A stretch of DNA of 64,000 nucleotides from an uncultured delta proteobacterium (GTDB taxonomy: Bacteria > Myxococcota_A > Polyangia > Polyangiales > Polyangiaceae): assembly GCA_963696385.1 (NCBI GenBank), contig CAVOKF010000002.1, forward strand, positions 79,642 to 143,641, written 5' to 3'. Positions 10,947 through 21,719 of the stretch are shown here, piece after piece (position 1 is the stretch's first letter; every line of letters begins with the position of its first letter). A program made the translations under genes and the position numbers. The notes beneath the pieces are model-generated. The model worked only from the letters and a program-made list of their open reading frames with translations, did no database searches and was not told the origin of the DNA.

Positions 10947-11198
10947 ATGGACAGCCACAGTGATATTCTAGCGATGCCCGCCGAAGCGGCGTGGGTTGCG
11001 CTCGAGGGCGACGTGCTGACAGTGGAGGAGCTTGCCGCGCAGCTGCGGGTTAAGCCCAAGACCGTCTACGCGGCCATTCGACGCAAGCAAATCCCCGGCA
11101 TCCTGCGCGTGGGAAGACTCATCCGCATCTCGCGATCGAGCGTGCTAGCGTGGCTTGCCGGCCAAGATCGTGAAGCTCGCTCACGGAGCCAACGATGA
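10947..11198 (+). CDS. HTH excisionase-like protein
   Basis: VLTVEELAAQLRVKPKTVYAAIRRKQIPG (HTH_17-like); overlaps the integrase start. Confidence 0.85.
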   Translation: MDSHSDILAMPAEAAWVALEGDVLTVEELAAQLRVKPKTVYAAIRRKQIPGILRVGRLIRISRSSVLAWLAGQDREARSRSQR

Positions 11199-12329
11199 GC
11201 GTGCGCAGCGAACGGCGCCGAGACAAGGTCTCGGGCAAAGTACGGGAATATTGGATGGTCCATGTCGTAATCCAACTGCCGGATGGACGGCTTGTGCAAG
11301 CGCGCAAGGCACTTTCGAAGACGAAGGTGAACAAGCGCGAGGCCGAGGCGTACGAACGGCGACTGCGGGTGGAGATGCTCAATCCGTCCGCGGTGAAGCC
11401 AAAGGAGGTCCCCACACTCAAACAGTTCTGGCCGACGTTCCTCGCATGGGCGAAGGGCGAGCGGCACAAGGCGAGCGGAATCCACTCGAAGGAGTCGATC
11501 TACCGGGTGCACCTGGCGCCCGCGTTCGACTCCAAGCGGCTCGATCAGATCGATGACGCAGCCATCACGCGCATCAAGTGCAAGCTCGCTACCGCGGGCC
11601 GCAGCCGCAAGACCGCGAACAACATTCTGGGCGTGCTGTCGAAAGCCCTGCGGCTCGCGTTCAAGTGGAAGGTGCTCTCGCAGATGCCCTGCGAATTCAA
11701 CCTGAAACCAGTCAAGAACATCCGCATCGACTTCTACGAGTTCGCCGACTACGACCGGCTCGTCGACGCCGCCGGCAAGGTCGGAAGCCGCTACGCGGCG
11801 CTCGTGCTTCTCGGCGGCGACGCAGGGCTACGACGCAGCGAGATCATCGGGCTTCGATGGTGCGACGTGGACTTTGCAAGAGGTCAGCTGCGCATCGTGC
11901 AAGCGCAGTGGAAGGATACGGTCGACACCCCCAAGAGCGACAAGCCGCGCATCGTTCCGATGACCGATGCGCTGACCGATGCGCTCAAGAGGCACCGGCA
12001 TCTTCGCAGCGAGCGGGTTCTATGCTTGGACGACGGCAAGCCGGCGCCCGGGCATGTGCTTCGCGACTGGCTGGAAGCGGTGCAGCGCCGGGGGCGGGCT
12101 CGAGGTACGGGGGAGCCTTCATAAGCTCCGCCATACGTTCTGCTCGCACCTGGCGATGCGAGGCGCATCGGCCAAGGCCATTCAGGAGCCGGCCGGGCAC
12201 GCCGATCTGGCGACCACGATGCGGTACATGCACCTGTCGCCGGCGGCGCGCGACAGCGCCATCGCCCTGCTCAACGTGCGAAACCACAGCAACATAGCAG
12301 CAACGATCGGTAGCGAAATCTATAACTAG
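11195..12329 (+). pseudogene. Tyrosine integrase, frameshift near 12090
   Basis: AGLRRSEIIGLRW in one frame; HKLRHTFCSHL..AGH..TTMRYMH in another. Confidence 0.9.
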
Positions 12330-12351
12330 CTGAATTGCTTATGGAAAGAGA

Positions 12352-12372
12352 GTGGAGCTGACGGGAATCGAA
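12352..12372 (-). other. att core: tRNA-Ala-like 3' end fragment
   Basis: Reverse complement TTCGATTCCCGTCAGCTCCAC = T-arm/acceptor 3' end; identical to 59692-59712; lies just after the integrase. Confidence 0.75.
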
Positions 12373-12676
12373 AAGGTGGGCCAAAGCGCGATGAACCCCA
12401 ACAAACATACGATAGTCGCAATTGGCTCCGATCTGTCAAGGTCCGAAAATACGCCAGTTCGTGACCCTTCGAGCGCATTGGCGTCAATTGGTGAATCCGA
12501 ATCCGAAATAGTGAGCGACGCGGCCCTCGAGCGAGCGATCGTTGACGCCGTCACGATGGGGGTGGGGGACGTGGCGCGCACACTCGCGACCCGACTCGAG
12601 GAGCGGCGGCGAGCGCTCGTGCCGGCGAACGTCGCGGATATGGCGACGGCGCTTGTGGAACAAACGCCCAAATGAC

Positions 12677-13012
12677 TCATACGGCTCGCCGCTTCTTGGG
12701 CCTCGGCGCATCCAACGCCCCGACGGATCCTCGGCGCGCTGTTCGGCGGCGCGGAGACGGGCGACGGCTCTCCATCGCCAGCCGCAGGATACGGTTGATG
12801 CGCGTCTGGTAGCCCTTGCCCAGCGACTTGAGCCAAGCGAGCACGTCCGCGTCAAGACGAATGGTGAGTTGGCGTTTCGCGGGCGGCCAGGGCACGCGCA
12901 CCGCATTCGCTAGAAACGCCTCATCGAGCGGCGGAATGTCCGCGTAGTCGAGGGTCTCATCGGTGAGACGGTCAACTCTCTCCAAGTCGCTCTTGATAGA
13001 CTTCTTGCTCAC
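12677..13012 (-). CDS. brnA: BrnA family antitoxin
   Basis: KRQLTIRLDADVLAWLKSLGKGYQTRINRILR motif. Confidence 0.92.
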   Translation of the reverse strand: MSKKSIKSDLERVDRLTDETLDYADIPPLDEAFLANAVRVPWPPAKRQLTIRLDADVLAWLKSLGKGYQTRINRILRLAMESRRPSPRRRTARRGSVGALDAPRPKKRRAV

Positions 13013-13256
13013 GGCGGTTCGCCTTTCTCGTCGAGATGATGCGCGTCGCGTCGTCCCCGCGCGCGGTATGGCGAGGACGGACGACCACGCGACCGGCGAG
13101 CACGCCCAGTGTGATGAACCGCTGCTCGCCATAGTCGAAGCGGTTATCTTCGAGGGTAACGGTCGGGCCGTCGAACACGAGCGGCGCGTCCTCAAAGCTG
13201 AGGCCGTGTTTTGCGAGGTTGTGGCGAGCTTTCGCTTCATCCCATTCGTAACGCAC
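12972..13256 (-). CDS. brnT: BrnT family toxin
   Basis: YEWDEAKARHNLAKHGLSFEDA..DYGEQRF..RIISTRKA motifs. Confidence 0.92.
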   Translation of the reverse strand: MRYEWDEAKARHNLAKHGLSFEDAPLVFDGPTVTLEDNRFDYGEQRFITLGVLAGRVVVRPRHTARGDDATRIISTRKANRREQEVYQERLGES

Positions 13257-13456
13257 GTGTAGCTCTTTTTGTAGTTACATTCAAGCGAGGAAAAGCGGAT
13301 TGAACCGGGCTATGGTCACGTACGGTTACGGCCAACGCTCGGCCCGGCACTGCGTTCGCATCGTCGGAATGAAGTCGTCCAACTCGTCGTGAAACGACGC
13401 AGTCGTTCGAGTACCCGTCGATCCACGCGACCTGGCCCGTCGGAGAGCACGCGCAA

Positions 13457-13666
13457 TTAGTTATACCGCAAGGAGTTCTTCGCGAACGAAGTGCAAGCGG
13501 ACCATTTGGGTGCCTGATCCTCTTCGAAGTGACAGCGCACGGCATCGCGAATTTCGTCGTGAAGCTGAGCCACGGTATCCGCCTCCGTGAAGATCGACAT
13601 CCCCAGGGCGCGCGCGGTATAGCCGCCCGCGGCGGCTTCTTCGACGACGAAAATGATCTCGCTCAT
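13457..13666 (-). pseudogene. HicB-like small antitoxin, C-terminal frameshift, no HicA partner seen
   Basis: MSEIIFVVEE..GGYTARALG.SIFTEADT..IRDAVRCHF; the tail VRLHFVREELLAV is in another frame. Confidence 0.75.
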
Positions 13667-14220
13667 GCTTAGCCTCAGTCAAGGTAGCTGACTTGCAGGC
13701 GAGCGACACGGCGCCTGCCGTCGCTCTGCCAGACGTTCTCTTGAATTCAGGGTGCCGTCCAGTGTGCAACCCTTATCGCGCTCTGACCCGTCGAGGGGAC
13801 TGGCGCACGATATCGGCAAATAGTCGTGCGAGATCGCACTGTGATGCCCTCCGAGCAGATCTCGATCTGATCGCTCGCCGCCGCCGTCAGCGGCATCGCC
13901 ACGAACGCCGGCGCAGTCGCTCAGCGCAGTCGGAGGTTGCCGTAGTGATGACCCGCGGCACATCGACCGCGCGATCGACAGCTGCTCGGCGTGGGCGCGC
14001 TACAGCGACCGACCGGGCGGCGCTTCCGCGAGTCGCCGGACTGCACCACCGCGTATTCGAGGGCCGCGTTCACAAGCGACAATGGCCCTAGTACCTCGAT
14101 TCCGCGGAATGGAAGGGTCGTTTTCCGCGATATTCCCGACGGGATCGGGTGGTCTCACCCCTCCGTTTCATGGAATCGGGGTACTAGTGCGCGCGCGGAG
14201 CTACAGTCGGTTGGATCCCC

Positions 14221-14490
14221 TTGAGCGCGCATACCGTGACCGTTAGCGTTGAACTCCCCGTGACCGGCGGCGCCACCGCGCCCGACTCCCGGCTCATCGG
14301 TGACGAGCTCCGCGTCCTCTGGATCATCGAACAGGTTCGGACGAAGCGCATCGGCGTCGGCAAGGGCGCGGAGCTTGCCGGCATGCCGCGCGCGGCGTTC
14401 ATGCAGGCGCTGGGCACGCACGGCGTGCCCGTGATCGACTACCCGCCCGCTGACCTGCAGGGCGAGCTTGATATGCGGGAAATGGGTTGA
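14221..14490 (+). CDS. UPF0175 family antitoxin
   Basis: IGVGKGAELAGMPRAAFMQALGTHGVPVIDY motif. Confidence 0.85.
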   Translation: MSAHTVTVSVELPVTGGATAPDSRLIGDELRVLWIIEQVRTKRIGVGKGAELAGMPRAAFMQALGTHGVPVIDYPPADLQGELDMREMG

Positions 14491-14984
14491 TCGTCGTCCC
14501 CGACGCGGGGCCGCTCATCTACCTGGGCGGAGCCGGACACCTCGATCTCCTCCGCCGCCTCTACACCGAAGTCGTTGTGCCTCGCATCGTGCTCGATGAG
14601 GTTGTCGTTGCGGGCGCGGGCATGACAGGAGCCGACGCCGTGGCGGCCGCGCACTGGCTGAGAATCGAGGACGTCGCTCCCGACCCCGATCTGCTGGACG
14701 TGCTCGACCGCGGAGAGGCAGCCGCGCTTCCGCTTGCCGCGCGCCTTATGGCCACGCTTCTCGTCGACGATAGCGCCGCGCGAGCCATCGCCGGCGCGAG
14801 AGGCATTCGGGTCGTCGGGACGATCGGCCTGTTGCTGCAAGCGAAGCGGAGGGAGTACCTCACCGCGGTGGGCCCCGTAATCGCTCAAATGGAGCAGCTT
14901 GGAAATGTACCTGTCCGCGCTACTTCGCGAGGAAGTCGTCCGGCTCGCTGGCGAGGACGGCTAAACAAGTTCCGGGCTGAGTGA
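14487..14984 (+). CDS. DUF3368 PIN-domain toxin (probable C-terminal frameshift)
   Basis: VPDAGPLIYL, LDRGEAAAL, LLVDD and GTIGLLLQAK motifs. Confidence 0.85.
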   Translation: MIVVPDAGPLIYLGGAGHLDLLRRLYTEVVVPRIVLDEVVVAGAGMTGADAVAAAHWLRIEDVAPDPDLLDVLDRGEAAALPLAARLMATLLVDDSAARAIAGARGIRVVGTIGLLLQAKRREYLTAVGPVIAQMEQLGNVPVRATSRGSRPARWRGRLNKFRAE

Positions 14985-15055
14985 TTCGGCGTCAACCGGT
15001 ATAGGACCACGTGACGTAGCGAGGTACGTCACGACCTCGATGAGGGGCACGACGC

Positions 15056-15140
15056 TCAGACTTCTTGCTCACGGCGGTTCGCCTTTCTCATCGAGATGAT
15101 GCGCATCCGTGGTCCTCGTGCGCGGTATCGGCGACGACGA
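15056..15140 (-). pseudogene. Second BrnT C-terminal fragment
   Basis: RIISMRKANRREQEV*; DNA similar to 13000-13070. Confidence 0.7.
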
Positions 15141-15321
15141 CAACGCAGCGGGGGGAGGTGAAGCGCCGATTTTTCGGCTGGGCCCAGACGTGACGAGAAG
15201 GGCCAGCAGTGCAGTCTCAAAGGCCGCCGGAGCGGACGCGCGCTTGCTTCAGCCATTCCGTCGAGCCGCCGCGATGCTAGGCGAGCGACCGTTCCAGCTT
15301 GCGCCCCAGCGCGGTGTCGCT

Positions 15322-16248
15322 CTACCTCCGATTGCGACGATCCGCGATGCCCGAAGGATTGCCCGGCTCGACGGCGAATAAGTCCTCGGTGCTCACGGCG
15401 GTGACGGCCTTGTCGAGCCAGCCTTCGAGCGTAGCGAGGTCGGGACAGGCAAGGATGCGCGCGTGTTGCTCGGCCGTAACGGCGAGTTCACGGCGCTCGA
15501 GAACGCGGAGGATCGATCGGGCTTCGCCCTCGGCGCGGCCTTCAGCCTTGCCGTCAGCCTTGCCCTGCGCGAACAATCGGCGTTGCGTCTCGCTAAAGAA
15601 CTGCTGGCCTTGAGGAAGCATCTCGAAGCTCTTTCTGGCGGCTTCGCCGAGTGAGGACTCGATCAACGCGAAGCATAGCATCTTCAGCGACTCCGGCAGA
15701 CCCGCGGCCCCCACCGCCGCGGCCGTCGCGACCCGAACCGCGGTGGGCACGTCGTCGTCCCGACCGTGCGCCATGACCGGTAGCACGGCCAGATGCGGCT
15801 CGCGCACGGCGACATCGACGTCTGTGATGACCGGGATGCCCTCCGGCCCGATGACGAACGCTCTCCACGCCAAGCCCCCGCCGAGGTCGACGGTCTTGGC
15901 CGCCCAGCGGGCCGTATCTGCGTCGGGGGTGACCACGAGCACCACGAAGGGGCACCGGTGTCGCGCTCGGGCGCTGACGGCGTACATCGGCCACGTGACG
16001 GGCTTGTCCCGATCGACGTGGAGTTGCGCTTCGAGGATGATGCCGAAGACCGTTTGGCCCTCCACGAGCAAGACCACCGCATCGGCGTGGTACTCGGTGG
16101 GAACGAGAGCATTGAGCGAGGCCTCGGCAAGACGAGCCTCCGTGAACACCGGCAGCGAGACGTGCAGCAGTTCACGCAACAGGTCCGCCGCGAGCTCGGG
16201 CCTCTCGCGCACCAGCGCGATGATCCCTTCGTGGAGCAGCGACGGCAT
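15322..16248 (-). CDS. Rpn/PD-(D/E)XK-like hypothetical protein
   Basis: EYHADAVV..ILEAQL motif and C-terminal GKAEGRAEGEA..CPDLATLEGWL tail. Confidence 0.7.
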   Translation of the reverse strand: MPSLLHEGIIALVRERPELAADLLRELLHVSLPVFTEARLAEASLNALVPTEYHADAVVLLVEGQTVFGIILEAQLHVDRDKPVTWPMYAVSARARHRCPFVVLVVTPDADTARWAAKTVDLGGGLAWRAFVIGPEGIPVITDVDVAVREPHLAVLPVMAHGRDDDVPTAVRVATAAAVGAAGLPESLKMLCFALIESSLGEAARKSFEMLPQGQQFFSETQRRLFAQGKADGKAEGRAEGEARSILRVLERRELAVTAEQHARILACPDLATLEGWLDKAVTAVSTEDLFAVEPGNPSGIADRRNRR

Positions 16249-16347
16249 CGCCGCGACACTACCCGAGGGGACGAGCGAGCGCACCCCCGCGCCGCAGCGG
16301 CAGCACGTCCGGCTCAGCCCCGGCCTGGCCCGTCGCGATCGCCTCCG

Positions 16348-16500
16348 ATTACTCGTCTCCATTCTGGGCTGCGAATCCGTTCTCCCTACCGGGGGATTAC
16401 TCGTCCTCGTTACTCGTCTCGCTTAAGAAGCTCGGACGAGTAGACGAGTATTCGAGCGGCAGCCGTCCCGGACGAGTGAGGACGCGTGAGGACGAGTGAC
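16348..16500. repeat. Oppositely oriented GACGAGT iteron-like array (candidate replication origin)
   Basis: ACTCGTC at 16351, 16399, 16412; GACGAGT at 16435, 16443, 16471, 16491 (GACGCGT at 16481); immediately 3' of the helicase gene. Confidence 0.65.
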
Positions 16501-16507
16501 GCGGTAC

Positions 16508-17650
16508 TCACGATTCTTCCGGGGGAGCCATGTGGGATAAGAAAAGGCGCACGCCCCGGCCGCGGCCCCTCGTTTTGCGAGACACGACCGCGCCGGCATC
16601 GAGCAGGTCATGGATGGCCACTCGGACGACGGAAACGCGCCGGTTCATTTTGGCAGCGATGTTGTCGGCCCCCGGAGCGCCCGGGTGGGCCTCGATGTGG
16701 CGGCGCACGTTTTCGGCCAGCTCCGCGAACTCGACCGAGGCTCGTGCGTCGGACTTCGCGCCCCACTCGGCCCGGTCCACGTGGACGACGCGGAGCCCCC
16801 AGCGTGGGTCGCCCTCGTCGGCCATGTCGTCGAACCGAAGGGCGAACGGAGCGACCGTGTGTCCGTGGACGCGCTCCTTCTTGTGTTCCACATGCGTCAT
16901 CGACTTGCCTTCCTCGCCCGCGAAGACGAAGTGCGATTGCGCGGTCTCCGTTTTGGCCGTCGTGCCGTGCACGTCGTGCATCGACGAACGCATCGAGCTG
17001 CCGTCGCGCGGTGGCTTGACGTTGTGATCGATCGTCACGATGACGCATCGAGTCCGGGTACTGACCTGCTCAAGCCGGTCCGCGACGAGCTGCACGGGCC
17101 CTCGCTTCCACTCGTCGGTGTTCGGGGTCGCCCCCCGCCATGAATCGATGACGCAAAGCGAGATCCCGTCGAGCAGCCGCAGCAGGCGCTCGCAAGCGTC
17201 CGCATCATCCAAGTAGAAACCGGGGCGGCGCAAATACCCGATGGACTTGTCGAGATCCCGGAGATCCACGTCGCGCACGCGCGCCAGCCGCTGCAATCGC
17301 TCTTGACTGATGCGTTGCCCCTGGCCGTCGAAGTCCAGAGTCAGGACCCGCCCGCGCTTGCACTTGAATGTTGCCCAGGCGTCGCCCCCCGCGGCCACGG
17401 CAAGCGCCACGTCCGCCCAGGCGAGCGACTTGCCGGAATACGCATTGCCCGCAACGAGCGTATGGGCGCCGGCGGTGAGCAGCAGTCCCGGGCAAAGCCA
17501 GTCGACGGCCGGCAGCGGCTCGGCCAGCTCGGCACCCCAAAGCGGTTCGGAGACCCGCGCGTCGCGAACGCCCTCGCGCTCGCACCCGGTTCGCGCCTCG
17601 TCATTGCCGGGCGTCAGCAACTGCTCAAAGTCCCATCCCAGCTCGGTCAT
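16508..17650 (-). CDS. AAA_25/RepA-like (RecA-fold) helicase with C-terminal HTH
   Basis: Walker A GNAYSGKS, Walker B CVIDSW, IDHNVKP motif. Confidence 0.85.
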   Translation of the reverse strand: MTELGWDFEQLLTPGNDEARTGCEREGVRDARVSEPLWGAELAEPLPAVDWLCPGLLLTAGAHTLVAGNAYSGKSLAWADVALAVAAGGDAWATFKCKRGRVLTLDFDGQGQRISQERLQRLARVRDVDLRDLDKSIGYLRRPGFYLDDADACERLLRLLDGISLCVIDSWRGATPNTDEWKRGPVQLVADRLEQVSTRTRCVIVTIDHNVKPPRDGSSMRSSMHDVHGTTAKTETAQSHFVFAGEEGKSMTHVEHKKERVHGHTVAPFALRFDDMADEGDPRWGLRVVHVDRAEWGAKSDARASVEFAELAENVRRHIEAHPGAPGADNIAAKMNRRVSVVRVAIHDLLDAGAVVSRKTRGRGRGVRLFLSHMAPPEES

Positions 17651-18585
17651 GCTCGCCCCCGTCGCGCGCTCAGGGCGCGGGTGATGGTCTTGCGCGCTTG
17701 CCGCTCCGGCAGTCCCGCGCGCACCGCCGCACGCAAGAGCGCGCCCGCAAATTCGGCACTGCTGATCGGCAGTCGCGCAAGCGAGTCACAGGCTCGGTGG
17801 AGAGCAACGTTCCGCATCTCCTTGGACGCGCGGGCGACGCGGTCGCAGTGGCATTCGAGAGCCACGTCCATGTCCTGGTAGCCCGACGGTGGGGCCCCGA
17901 GGGGAGCGGGTGGGTTCATTCGTCTCGCACCGGCTATCGCCAGAATCCGATCGACGTCGAGCGGCGAGCCCTCTCCAACCAGCACGACGTGCGTTGCGCC
18001 GGGCGGAAGGGTCGGCACCGACCAAAGCCGGCAGGGATCCTTCGTGGCGGCGTCGACCTTCGCGTCGTGTGCGACCACACGCGCGCACCGGTTCCAAACC
18101 AGTCCGTGCTCCTCGGGCGTCATCGCCCGCGAGACGATCAGGAGCGCCCGCCAGCAAGGCGCGTCCGGCCGGCTCGACGCCGTCGAATAGACGATGTGGC
18201 GATACCGTTGCAATCGCTCGTGTGCGGTCTGCGGCGTCATCGTGCCCGCGTCATGTTCCAGAGCGAGTGCCGAGACGCTCTCCACGTGATCGCTGGATCG
18301 AATCCCGTCTCGCAACGACGCCAAGACGAATGCGCCGGCGCTTGCCGGATCGGCGGTAACGATCGGATGCTCCACCCACCGCACGAGCTCGTGAGACGTC
18401 ACCTCGAGTCGGATGCCGCGTGGGGGACGGAGCGCGATCCGTTCGGGCCCGAGCAACGTCATCGCGACCGCGGGCTCGCTCGCGCACGTGCACCCCTGCA
18501 GCGAGTGCTCCGGCAGCGTCTCGCTTCCTTCGAGGGCCGCGCGCTCGGCGGCGTCGAACGCGCGGCAGGCCGGGCAGCGGCTCAT
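17647..18585 (-). CDS. AEP-type primase-like protein with PriCT-like C-terminus
   Basis: ALEHD, IVYSTASS..WRALL, DAATKDPCRL and RNVALHRA motifs; translationally coupled to the helicase. Confidence 0.7.
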   Translation of the reverse strand: MSRCPACRAFDAAERAALEGSETLPEHSLQGCTCASEPAVAMTLLGPERIALRPPRGIRLEVTSHELVRWVEHPIVTADPASAGAFVLASLRDGIRSSDHVESVSALALEHDAGTMTPQTAHERLQRYRHIVYSTASSRPDAPCWRALLIVSRAMTPEEHGLVWNRCARVVAHDAKVDAATKDPCRLWSVPTLPPGATHVVLVGEGSPLDVDRILAIAGARRMNPPAPLGAPPSGYQDMDVALECHCDRVARASKEMRNVALHRACDSLARLPISSAEFAGALLRAAVRAGLPERQARKTITRALSARRGRA

Positions 18586-18650
18586 CGACCCCCTCCCTTC
18601 GTTGGCTCACGACGTGCAACGCACGCTCGCCGGGCAAGCGCAGCCCGGGC

Positions 18651-19298
18651 GTGCCCGTCTACCAGGAGTACATGAACCCGATTCTGGACGTGCTGCGTCG
18701 AGAGGGACGACCTCTCACGATCGAGCAGCTCGATCGCCACGTCATTACGGAAATGAAGTTGGCTCCCGACGTCGCGGCAATTCCTCATGACGCCGAGAAG
18801 CCCGATCGAAGCGAAGTAGGTTATCGAATCGTGTGGTCCCGGACGTACCTGAAGAAGGCCGGCCTCCTCGACAATCCGACGCGCGGCCAATGGGGCGCTT
18901 CGGAGAAGGGCCGCAGCGCCGGAGCGATCGACGCGTACGAGTTGGCCTCGGAGATCGTGCAGGCGTCGAAGGCGGCATCTGTCGCAAGGGCAGCCGCCGG
19001 TGAGTCGTCGGAGAGCGACGCCGACGGCGAAGGGAAAGAGGACGAGGAGCTCCTCGCGGCGCGGGTAGGCGACGAGCTCGCGCGCCAGATCCGGTCCACC
19101 CACGAGCAGCTCGCCGCGGACGGCCAGCTCCTCTCGGCTGACCAGGCGGCACGCTGTTGCGGACGCTTCCGTGATCTCTTTGGCCCCGACGTGCTCGGCG
19201 GCCTCGACGGCGAGGCGCTGCTCACGAAGATGCATGGGCGCGGTACGAAAGACAGCCTGGTCTATTGGTTGGAGTTCAAAGACGACGACGAGTTCCCT
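18651..19298 (+). pseudogene. Mrr N-terminal winged-helix / McrB-like restriction protein, truncated by an IS
   Basis: VPVYQEYMNPILDVLR..YRIVWSRTYLKKAGLLDNPTRGQW (Mrr_N), then DSLVYWLEFKDDDEFP; cut at the IS end at 19299. Confidence 0.8.
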
Positions 19299-20491
19299 TG
19301 TGGTGGCCAAATACTCGTTCGGCAGTCACGCAGCCCCTCGAGTAACGGTGGTGGAGCCCACCGACGCGCGGAAGCGCGACGACCCGGCCACGGCTCGGCG
19401 GTTGGACGGCGCGCGAGAGCGGCGCGTCGCGACCGAGCGACATGTGAGGTCGGTCCTCGTTATAATAGGCGACATACTGGCGGAGCAGGCGCAGCAGATG
19501 CCGCTCCCCAAGCACGATGACGTGATCGAGCAGCTCGCGACGTAACGTGCCGATCCATCTTTCCGCGTAGCCGTTTTGCCACGGAGAACGCGGCGAAGTG
19601 CGCACCTGCCGGACGCCGAGGTTGTCGACCCGTGCGTCGAATGCCGCGCCGAAGATGCATCCCGATCTCGGATCAGCCGCGCCGACACGCTCTGGGCGCC
19701 GATGGCATTTACGATCTGCTGCGCGGTCCACGCGGCGTACGGGTGCGCCGTCACGTTGACGTGCAGCACACGGCGCCGGTCGAGCGAGAGGACGAAAAAG
19801 ACGTAGAGGACGTTGAACGTGACCGTTGGCACGGTCAGAAAGTCGATCGCAATCGTTGCCTCGAGATGGTTGCCGAGAAAGGTCTTCCACGTTTGCGACG
19901 GGGGACGGCCGGGTCGCGCAGGTGGCTTCGGCATGTACTTCGCGACCGTGTCCTTGTCGACGGCATGACCGAGCTTGGCCAGCTCGCTGGCGATTCTCCG
20001 GCGGCTCCAAAGCGGATTCTCTCGCGACATCTGCTCGATGAGGCTCACCAGCTCCCGGAGCCAAGGGCGGCCGACCCACGGGGCGAGACCTCCACGCCCA
20101 CCACCGAGCGAAGCCCCGCCGATGCCATGCGACCACGGTCGCCGGTTCGACGATCGCGAGGCACTCCGCCCACCGCGACCACGCACGGGTGACGATGACC
20201 CAAAACGCGCGGTCGATCGGCCGGAGCCGCGGTCGAGGAGTTGCCCGACGAAGAATCGCAAGCTGCTGGCGGAGCACGAGGTTCTCCGCAACGAGGCTCG
20301 CACGAGGCCGCAGCGCGGAGCGCAGCGTGCCGATAACGGCTTGCAGGATGGCGAGCATCGCGGCGAGGTTCGCGCCTGCCGCGGTCCCTGTCACCCGCGA
20401 ATCGCTGTGGCCGACGCGGTATGCTGGGCGTTGGCCCCGCACGCGCTGCGTCCGAAGGAATCCGGAGAAAAATGCATTCTTCGTCACCACA
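19299..20491 (-). mobile_element. rve/DDE insertion element, frameshifted
   Basis: Terminal IRs TGTGGTGGCCAA / TTCGTCACCACA; IDFLTVPT, PWQNGYAERWIGTLRRELLDH and GGLHHRY split across frames. Confidence 0.88.
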
Positions 20492-20496
20492 GGTGC

Positions 20497-21719
20497 GTAA
20501 GCGTCCGACGCGCCCCGCTGTGCCGCGGCCGCAACAGAACGCGGCCGTGTTCGGCGACTTCAGGCCAGTGGTTCATGGGGCGGAGGCCAGGCGCTGCGAC
20601 GTCGTGCTGGGGTCGCGTCGCGGAGTGGCGCGACCACTCGCGGACACCTGCATCGACGTGACGAAGCGAGACGCGTTCGGGGATTGCGGGAGTTGCGCTG
20701 CGCCCAGTGGTTCAGGGCGCTGGACCGTGGGGCGCCCACCGATCGGGTAGCAGCGCGTCGAGCTGCTCGTCGGTCGTCGCGTCGCGGACTCGCGCTAGCA
20801 CGTCGGTGAGCTACTCCGTCGGCTCGACTTCGTTGGCGATGCAGGAGCCGACGAGCGAGTAGAGCCCCCTCCTTTTCGTGCACCATCGCTGCGCAGATTA
20901 AAAGGCTCAGAGTGCGGGCCGATGACGATTTCAGCGACAAAGTGTCCAATGGACACACAGGGCCCCGACGGGCCTCAGCGCGCCAGAGCCGGAGGCTGCC
21001 ACAGCGCGGGGCGTTGAACGTGTTGGACGTCGATGCCATCGAGCAACATCGCCAGCTGCGTCGCGTCGAGCATCGCCGTCCGCGTGCCGGGCTGCATCGC
21101 AGGGATCCGAAATCGATTTCTCTCCAGACGCTTGTAGACCAATAGAAATCCCCCGCGGTGCCACACCAAAATCTTCACCCGGTCTCGTCGTTTGCCAACG
21201 AACGCGAACAGGTCCCCGCTGAAGGGATTCAAGTCCCAGCTCTTCACGATCGCGAACAGACTGTCGTGGCCTGCACGCATGTCGACCGGTTGCGACGCGA
21301 GGTACACGCGAACGTGAGGCGAGAAACCGAACACCGTCACGGACCCGCGATCGCACGAACCGGCGCCGCGATGTATCCGACGTCCATTCCCGGCTCGCAG
21401 CGGATCGTCGCCGCGCCGACCACGACCTCCACTAGTCCGCGGCCGGACCGACCCGCCTCGACGGTGATCTCGATCGGCTCGATCGCCGACGCACCGTGCT
21501 CCGCACGGTTATCACGAGCCAACTGGCTCGACCACGACCGAAGCGAGAACACCGAAAGCCCTTCATTCTCTGCGAATTGCCGCGCCGTGAGTCCGCTACG
21601 CCGCCAACGCGCTCAACTCGGCTTGACCACCAGACTCGCGACCGACGCTCGCGTCCCATGCCCCCGATCGCACGGCGCTTTTTGCCCTAAATCAAGTGCG
21701 GGCCCGCCCGGACGGTTAC
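20497..21719 (-). mobile_element. tnpB: IS66 deletion derivative: tnpA remnant, intact tnpB (20975-21340), internally deleted tnpC
   Basis: Ends GTAAGCGTCCG (20497) and rc GTAACCGTCCG (21719); flanks ACAGGTGC / CCAGGTGC; TnpB PVDMRAG..RVKILVW..YKRLE; tnpC start fused to C-terminal LTDVL..LLPDRW. Confidence 0.88.

Noticed and set aside
12352..12675. 107-aa ORF after the integrase as a confident gene
   Set aside because: Starts inside the att core and has no recognisable domain; only the 3' half may be coding.
20975..21340. RNA-guided TnpB nuclease
   Set aside because: This is the ~120-aa IS66 accessory TnpB, unrelated to IS200/IS605 TnpB.
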